A stretch of DNA of 7,096 nucleotides from Octopus sinensis. Its lineage: Eukaryota. Shown here in pieces: positions 1-6,855 of the stretch. Each line of letters opens with the position of its first letter. Within the stretch, counting starts at the first letter, position 1. Under the pieces are notes generated by a model. That model saw only the letters and a program-made list of their open reading frames with translations. It was not told the DNA's origin and searched no databases. Location of the stretch: the NCBI RefSeq assembly GCF_006345805.1, contig NW_021829004.1:1-7096 (forward strand), in the 5' to 3' direction. The position numbers and the translations under genes were made by a program.

Positions 1-219
1 TAATCATCACGATTTTCAAAATCAAAGTAAAATGGATGTTATGTCATATTCTCTAATTTTTTGTCCAAAAGAAGAAGCACCGATGTTCAAAAATAAAACT
101 AATACATTAGAAAGTCAATTTTACATACATTTAAAGCGATGTGCATCGGTACACGGACCCACCCCCAAAATAACATGTTTACGCAAACTCCGGCAACATA
201 ACCAAGACACATATACGTT

Positions 220-492
220 GATGTGTGTGTGTGTATGAATATTAATATATATATATATATATATAAATTATGCACAAGCACACACACACGTTACACTTAC
301 ACACACGCACGTTATATGTTATATATAATACATACATATACACATATGTATGTATATGTAATATATACATATGCAATATATGATTCGTGTATTTGCATGT
401 GTATGTATATATATGTATATATAATGTTATAGATACATGTGCTCTCACAGGCACACTACACACACGTGCATACATATTACAACTGTGTGTAT
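220..492. repeat. Compound (TG)n/(TA)n/(CA)n low-complexity microsatellite
   Basis: Directly visible alternating purine-pyrimidine runs, e.g. tgtgtgtgtgtg ~220-236, (TA)n ~246-264, cacacacacg ~280-290. Confidence 0.9.
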
Positions 493-501
493 ATTCATAA
501 A

Positions 502-614
502 TCACCGTGACCGACCAGGCTATCAGATGTTGCTACACACCGCTGGTCACAATGCGCTTCGCATTGTTTTAGCCTTCAAATGACGCCACCCCGCTGGCTA
601 AGCGAACATGCCAG
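502..614 (-). mobile_element. 3' terminal fragment of a SINE (family A), 5'-truncated
   Basis: GC-rich island between two microsatellites. The minus strand reads ...ttagccagcggggtggcgtcatttgaaggctaaaacaatgcgaagcgcattgtgaccagcggtgtgtagcaacatctgatagcctggtcggtcacggtga, which I recall as the 3' end of an abundant octopus tRNA-derived SINE (memory, not a search). It contains a perfect 8-bp hairpin at 549-567. The tRNA-like head is absent. Confidence 0.7.
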
Positions 615-616
615 TA

Positions 617-680
617 TTCATATATATATATATATATATATTAAGTATATATATATATATACTTAATATTTATATATATA
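617..680. repeat. Interrupted (TA)n microsatellite abutting the 3' end of SINE copy 1
   Basis: Visible (TA)n runs with short interruptions (ttaag, cttaatatt). Confidence 0.9.
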
Positions 681-1015
681 CTCTTTAACTTGTTTCAGTA
701 ATTTGATTGTGGCCATGCTGGAGCACCGGCTTTATTCGAGCAACTCGACCCCAGGACTTATTCTTTGTAAGTCTAGTACTTATTCCATCGGTCTCTTTTG
801 CCGAACCGTTAAGTTATGGGGGCCGTAAACACACCAGCATCGGTTGTCAAGCGTTATTGGTGGGACAGAGACACCAACATATACACCCATACATATATAT
901 ATATATACATTTATACGACGGGCTTCTTTCAGTTTCCGTCTACCAAATAATCTCACAACACTTTGGTCGGCCCGAGGCGTTAGAACAAGACACTTGCCCA
1001 AGGTGCCACGCAGTG

Positions 1016-1026
1016 GGACTGAACTC
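1016..1026 (-). promoter_or_regulatory. Pol III type-2 B-box-like element of SINE copy 1
   Basis: GAGTTCAGTCC resembles GGTTCRANYCC and has tRNA-like spacing from the A-box. Confidence 0.6.
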
Positions 1027-1057
1027 GGAACCATGTGGCTGGTAAGGAAGCTACTTA

Positions 1058-1068
1058 CCACACAGCCA
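1058..1068 (-). promoter_or_regulatory. Pol III type-2 A-box-like element of SINE copy 1
   Basis: TGGCTGTGTGG near the SINE 5' end, about 30 nt upstream of the B-box-like element. Imperfect match to TRGCNNARYGG. Confidence 0.6.
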
Positions 1069-1087
1069 CACCTACGCCTATATTTTC

Positions 1088-1152
1088 ATATATAAAGTGT
1101 ATAAATATATATATATATATATACATACATAATATACACATATATAAAGTAT

Positions 1153-1190
<38 letters not shown>
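1088..1190. repeat. (TA)n/(CA)n compound microsatellite between the two family B SINE copies
   Basis: (TA)n ~1105-1126, pure (CA)n ~1154-1179, (TA)n 1180-1190. Confidence 0.92.
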
Positions 1191-1500
1191 TCTTTTATTT
1201 CATTTATTTACCTGCAGCCATGCAGGTGAACCACCTTTAGTCGAAGAAATCGACCTCAGGAATTATTCTTTGTAAGCCTAGTACGTGTTCTATCTCTTTT
1301 GCTGAACCGCTAGTTAATGTGGACGTAAACACACCAGCATTGGTTGTCAAGCGATGGCAAGCTGACAAACTCAGACACCAAAACACACACACATATATGA
1401 TGGGTTTCTTTCAGTTTCAGTCTACCAAATCAACTCACAAGGCTTTGGTTGGCCCGAGGCTATAACAGAAGGTGTCATGCAGTGGGTCTGAACCTGGAAC
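1189..1500 (-). mobile_element. Older degenerate SINE (family B, copy 2), 5'-truncated, 13-nt internal deletion
   Basis: Colinear with 681-1030. Shared blocks include ttattctttgtaag, cgtaaacacaccagcat, ggttgtcaagcg, ttctttcagtttc, gtctaccaaat and ggcccgaggc. Homology stops at about 1500, so the A-box is missing. ACACTTGCCCAAG is absent at 1471/1472. Confidence 0.88.
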
Positions 1501-1519
1501 AAGGTACAATGACCCTCCT

Positions 1520-2006
1520 GTATATATATATATGCATACATATATATTATAATTATATACATATATATCACATGTAGATATATATATATATACACTATAT
1601 AGACGTATATATAGTAAATATGTATACATATATTATGTAAAAATACATATATATATATTATATAAACATATATATAGTATATATACATATATTATGTATA
1701 TATATTATATATACATATATATATATATATCATATGTAGACATATATTATTTATACATATATTATGTATAAACATATATATTATAAATATATATACACAT
1801 GCACATGTACTTACACATATATACATATTATATACACGCATATATGATATGTATATACCTGTATATTATATATATACACATACATATTATATATATACAT
1901 TATATATTACATATATTATATACCTATATATTACATATATACATATACGTATAAATATTATATATGCATAAATATTATATACACACATACATATAGATTA
2001 TATATT

Positions 2007-2050
<44 letters not shown>

Positions 2051-2451
2051 AGACATGCATATATATGTATAAATATATATGTATACATATATATATATAT
2101 ATACACCTAAAAATGTATAAATATATATATATGTATATATAACATATGCATATTTAAAAACATATAAATATATTATATATATATGTATACATATATATAG
2201 TATATATATATATACATACATATATATCCATAATATGTATAAATAGTATATACATATATATTGTATAAATTATAAATAATACAGAAAAATCAAAGGCTTG
2301 GATAATATATAAAAATATATATATTATATATATTTATGTATGCATATATATATATATAATCTATACATATATATATGCATATATATATATATAATAATAA
2401 ATATATATATATATAATATATAAATATATATATATGCATATATATATATAT

Positions 2452-2529
<78 letters not shown>

Positions 2530-2869
2530 CATATATGCATATATATATATAATATAATACAATATATATATATACATATATGCATATATATATATATAAC
2601 CTATATATAATATATATATATAAATATTATATATAACATATATATATATAATATATATATATATATATAATATATATATATACATATATATCTATATATA
2701 TATAAATATATATATATATACATAATAATATATAAATATATATATACATAATATATATATACATATAATATATATATATACATATATATACAATAATATA
2801 TAATATATATACATATATAATATAATATACATATATTACATATAATATATATACATATATATATTATAA

Positions 2870-2919
<50 letters not shown>

Positions 2920-3755
2920 ATATATATATCTATATACTATATATATATATAATATATATATATATAAATATATATATAAAAATATATAATATTAAAATAT
3001 ATATATATAATATAATATATATAAATAATATATATATACATATATATATATACATACATATATATACATATATATAATATACAATATATATACATATATA
3101 TATAACAAATATATATACATACATATATATATACATACATATATATATAAATATATATACATACATATATATATAAATATATATACATACATATATATAT
3201 ATATATATATACATACATATATATATATAAATATATATACATATATAAATATATGAATATATATACTATATATATATATATACATATATATGCATATATA
3301 AATATATATGAATATATATACATATATATATATATATACATATATATGCATATATATATATAATAGATATATATATACATATATATGCATATATATATAT
3401 ATAGATATATATATCCATATATATATACGAATATATTCATATATATATATATATCTATATCATATAAACATATATATACATATATATATATATACATAAA
3501 GTGTATGTAGACTTATATATACATATTATATATACATAAAGTGTATGTAGACTTACTATATATATTATATATACATAAAGTGTATGTAGAATTACTATAT
3601 ATATTATATATAGACATATATATATATATATATCAACACATATATATTATATATACATACATAATAAAATAAACCAAGGAAAATACAATTCTTTCATAAC
3701 ACACAACACACACATACATATATACATTTATATATACATTCATGTATATATGTAC

Positions 3756-3807
<52 letters not shown>

Positions 3808-4194
3808 ACCTATGTTCATATATATACTATATATATACATACAATTTATATATATATATATATATATATATCCTACATATGCATATTTATATATATATAT
3901 ATATATAAACATACATATGCATATTTATATATATATATATAAATAAAAACTACATTGCATATTTATATATATATATATATAAACATACATATTATATATA
4001 TATACATACATATAATATAATATATATATATATAAACATACATATATATATATATAAACATACATATATATATATATATAAACATCCATACATATATATC
4101 TATATATAACATACATACATATATATATATATATAAACATACATATATATATATATATATATAGAAACATACATATATATATATATATATATAA

Positions 4195-4228
<34 letters not shown>

Positions 4229-4573
4229 CATACATATTTAGATAAATTATTATATATTATTATATATATTTAGATATATATATCTATATATACTTTCTTA
4301 TATATATATAATATACACACACATATATATATGTGTATATATATATACATGAATGCATATACATATATATCTAAATATATATATATATAATTATATATAT
4401 ATGCATTCATGTATATATATACACACACATATATATCTAAATATATATATATATGCATTCATTATATATATATAGACACATACACCACACATATATATAT
4501 ACTACTCACATACATATATAATATAAATATATATATACTCACATACATATATAAATATAAATATATATATATG

Positions 4574-4610
<37 letters not shown>

Positions 4611-4643
4611 ATTATGTACACATATATACATCGTACACACACA
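1520..4643. repeat. ~3.1 kb degenerate (TA)n low-complexity array with C-containing interruptions
   Basis: Almost continuous TA alternation with recurrent acat/aaat/gcat interruptions and two short unique islands (~2278-2305, ~3661-3700). Confidence 0.97.
3491..3608 (+). repeat. Three-copy 39-40 bp minisatellite inside the TA array
   Basis: Unit tatacataaagtgtatgtagactta(c)tatat(ac)atattata starts at 3491, 3531 and 3570. Confidence 0.9.
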
Positions 4644-4645
4644 GA

Positions 4646-4710
4646 TGTGTGTGTATATATATATTTATGTGTATGTGTGTATGTATGTGTATGTGTGTGT
4701 GTTGTATGTA

Positions 4711-4744
<34 letters not shown>

Positions 4745-4893
4745 TGTCTGTATGTATGTATGTGTGGGTGTGTGTGTATGTATATTGCATGTATGCAAGT
4801 GTGTGTGTGTGTGTGTGCGTGTGTGTGTGTGTATGTGTGTGTGTGTGTATGTATATTGCATGTATGCAAGTGTGTGTGTGTGTGTGTGTGTGT
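4646..4893. repeat. (TG)n-rich microsatellite with a 71-bp internal duplication and a GCGCGCG core
   Basis: (TG)n runs; gtatgtatattgcatgtatgcaagtgtgtg occurs at 4776 and 4847; gcgcgcg at 4728-4734. Confidence 0.93.
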
Positions 4894-4995
4894 GGCGAGA
4901 AGCTAAATATCGAACTCATGTCCATCAGATTTCATGTTTCATAAACCCGGGGCCGAAATCAAAAAAATGTGTCCCTCGCTAATTCTCCCTTGCAG

Positions 4996-5104
4996 TGGTT
5001 CGATCCTGGTCGTAACAGAGTTAATTCCAGACAACATCTGATACAGCAGACAACTTACAATAGGCCATGCAAATTTCCTTCTCCCAGTAACATTGGGCTG
5101 CGAG
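4996..5104 (+). other. Candidate 109-nt internal exon (unverified)
   Basis: Upstream gctaat branch-like motif plus tctcccttgcag acceptor (AG 4994-4995); downstream GAG|GTTAGT donor at 5105. One frame is open: WFDPGRNRVNSRQHLIQQTTYNRPCKFPSPSNIGLR. I do not recognise the peptide. Confidence 0.22.
5067..5074 (+). promoter_or_regulatory. Perfect octamer (POU-binding consensus) ATGCAAAT
   Basis: Exact motif match in unique sequence. Function is unproven, and 8-mers occur by chance in AT-rich DNA. Confidence 0.2.
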
Positions 5105-5310
5105 GTTAGTATGACATTTAATGAATATAAGCTGTTAAACGACCAGTTCTTTACTTAATTGTCACTGAAAAAAATATTAACTATTTAATAAAAAAAAAAT
5201 ATTTCAATAAAATTCGTTTCAGTTTATGATGACGACAAACTTATTTGAGCCAGACAAAAGCATAAATAAAAAAAATGGGCGTATATGTCTGTAGCGATGT
5301 GAAAGTGTTA

Positions 5311-5330
5311 ATGTCAGGCTGACATGTCAG
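5311..5330. promoter_or_regulatory. Overlapping palindromes ATGTCAG-G-CTGACAT and CTGACATGTCAG (three TGACA/TGTCA cores)
   Basis: Perfect 12-bp palindrome at 5319-5330 overlapping a 7-bp inverted repeat at 5311-5317/5319-5325. The structure is certain; a regulatory role is inferred. Confidence 0.3.
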
Positions 5331-6193
5331 ACTAACCTACCTACCTACCGGCGCTTGGTATGCATTACGTTGCAACCGTTCTCTTCGCTTCTATATATCA
5401 AGCTGCTCTTTTTGTTGTTGTTTGCTTTTAACGCTTGCCGATCTATCACAAGCAATTAGCACTAATCTAAACAATTTTGATGTTCTAATTTTTTTGTTTC
5501 TATTTTATGCGTTACACAGATAAGAATTCATAAACCTGTTACAAGTGAACCAGTCTATCGAATTTAATAATAATAATAACTAGTATTTAACTAGACAGGA
5601 ACTCTTCGATGTAAAATAATGTTTATTCTACTCGAGTTAATAAAATATATTCATGGACTTGTGTTAATATTTAACAAATATAATTTAGGTTACAAAGCCA
5701 TTTTATAGGAAAACAAAAGAAAGACAAAATGCAATAGTTTTGATCGAAACTAATTTTTTATGTATAGTTGTTGTAAACAGGTTAAATTCAACTCTGCACG
5801 GCTAAAACCTTATTCCGTTTTTTGAGGACCCACTTGTAATTGCCGCCAGTTAAAAAGTACCTTAGTTGGAGAGTTTTTAATCAAAATTGAAATATAAATC
5901 TAAATTTGTTTTTTAAATATAAATATTTCTGCTGAAGAGTAAAATCATCTTTTATCCGTTTATAATGATCTTTTTTTTGTTGTAGTGTATAAACATTCAC
6001 AAGGGGGGAAAAAACCTGATGACATTTTTTAGTTTTTTTTTTTAGATAAAACTTCGTTTAAGTAAAACTTTCCAATGTATAAGATTCTCAAAATGAACTT
6101 AGCCTATATTCAACTAGTACCAGGAGGTCACGACAACCCAGGAGTTTGTCATCAAAGAAGAGTAATGTTCAGAATTTAAGAAAAATAACGAAG

Positions 6194-6220
6194 AGGAAGT
6201 CGGAAATGAAAGCAGGAAAT
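6194..6220 (+). promoter_or_regulatory. Cluster of three same-strand ETS-like GGAA cores
   Basis: AGGAAGT 6194-6200, CGGAAAT 6201-6207, CAGGAAAT 6213-6220. A further consensus ETS site, CACTTCCTG, is at 6505-6513. Confidence 0.2.
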
Positions 6221-6838
6221 TCGGTTTGTAAATAACGAAATGAAAACATTACCTAGAGATCGATCAGGTAACATTATTAGCATTATCTATTATCATTGCT
6301 TTTTTATTTTCATTCAGTTAATTTGACTTAAGGTAAATGAGTATAAACATCATAAAATAATCAAAATGATATAAAATTTAAGCAATGAATCTTAAATTTA
6401 TTAAACGACAGAAAATTATTAGTATTTTGAAATAAATTTTTCGGCCTATTTAAAATTAAGTACATTAAAAAGTTACAGATTCTCTCACTTTTGTTGGTGT
6501 GTGCCACTTCCTGACGAATTAGAATGAGTTTTTAGAAATACCAAGTTTACCAACTTATTTATAAGACTTTCAGTTTGCGATTTCATTTGACAAAATTGCT
6601 GCATACGTAGTTGTATAAAAACAGATCCGGTATAGTAAACTTGTTAAGAAAAATATGATAATACTAAAACAGAAGTTAGTACATGCCAAATAAATAAATA
6701 TTTATAACCGTTTCTTTCCCCCTAATTTTCCGTTTTTCTTTAATTTGTTAATACTAGATAAGTTATACTATTTACGTATTAACATTGAGATGACAACATT
6801 ATTAGATATTATTAGAGCTTAATTTTTCTGTTGTGAAA

Positions 6839-6855
6839 TTTTTTTTTTTTTTTTT
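6839..6855. repeat. T17 homopolymer
   Basis: 17 consecutive T. Confidence 0.9.

Larger units (their letters stand above)
681..1080 (-). mobile_element. Near full-length tRNA-derived SINE (family B, copy 1) with CORE-like motif and internal microsatellite
   Basis: The minus-strand head has an A-box-like TGGCTGTGTGG (1058-1068) and a B-box-like GAGTTCAGTCC (1016-1026), followed by CCTTGGGCAAGT (992-1003), the motif that opens the CORE domain of MIR-type SINEs. An internal (CA/TA)n lies at ~873-915. A colinear homolog is present at 1189-1500. It matches my recollection of a very abundant octopus SINE; tRNA-derived families OK/OR1/OR2 are described from octopus, but I cannot assign the family. 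Confidence 0.9.
5059..5365 (-). other. Alternative candidate: two small minus-strand exons (5365-5349 and 5097-5059)
   Basis: ATG at 5365-5363, donor CG|GTAGGT at 5348, acceptor TACTAACCTCGCAG ending at 5098, donor TT|GTAAGT at 5058. The joined frame reads MHTKRRPMLLGEGNLHGL. The peptide is not recognised and there is no polypyrimidine tract. Confidence 0.15.

Noticed and set aside
32-238. 68-aa ORF MDVMSYSLIF...
   Set aside because: Unrecognised, AT-rich, runs into microsatellite and has no convincing splice or start context.
391-398. Perfect octamer ATTTGCAT
   Set aside because: It is embedded in TA/TG low-complexity sequence, where it arises easily by mutation.
223-505. ORFs of 69 and 87 aa rich in I/Y/C/V/H/T
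   Set aside because: They are translations of TA/TG/CA microsatellite, which lacks stop codons in some frames.
707-1095. ORFs of 112, 93 and 83 aa
   Set aside because: They lie entirely within SINE copy 1 and cross its internal microsatellite. No protein-like features.
3491-3608. CRISPR-like or iteron-like array
   Set aside because: The units are directly adjacent with no unique spacers, the context is eukaryotic and there are no cas or rep genes.
1422-4982. All long IYIY/CVCV/HTHT ORFs (up to 186 aa)
   Set aside because: Dinucleotide-repeat artefacts open in several frames on both strands.
4997-5006. Perfect B-box GGTTCGATCC suggesting a tRNA gene or SINE head
   Set aside because: No A-box at suitable spacing, a poor T-stem and no cloverleaf. 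At most an isolated TFIIIC site.
5032-5043. 12-nt reverse-complement match (caacatctgata) to the SINE tail at 521-532
   Set aside because: A single 12-mer match is expected by chance in a 7 kb self-comparison, and the flanks are not colinear.
5067-5500. snRNA gene suggested by the octamer next to a partial SPH/Staf-like TCTCCCAG
   Set aside because: I recognise no U1, U2, U4, U5, U6, U7, U11, U12, U4atac or U6atac sequence downstream, and the SPH match is only partial.
6075-6179. 34-aa ORF MYKILKMNLAYIQLVPGGHDNPGVCHQRRVMFRI
   Set aside because: Short, unrecognised and within chance expectation.
6839-6855. Poly(A) tail of a minus-strand retrocopy
   Set aside because: No upstream AATAAA, no target-site duplication and no recognisable element body.
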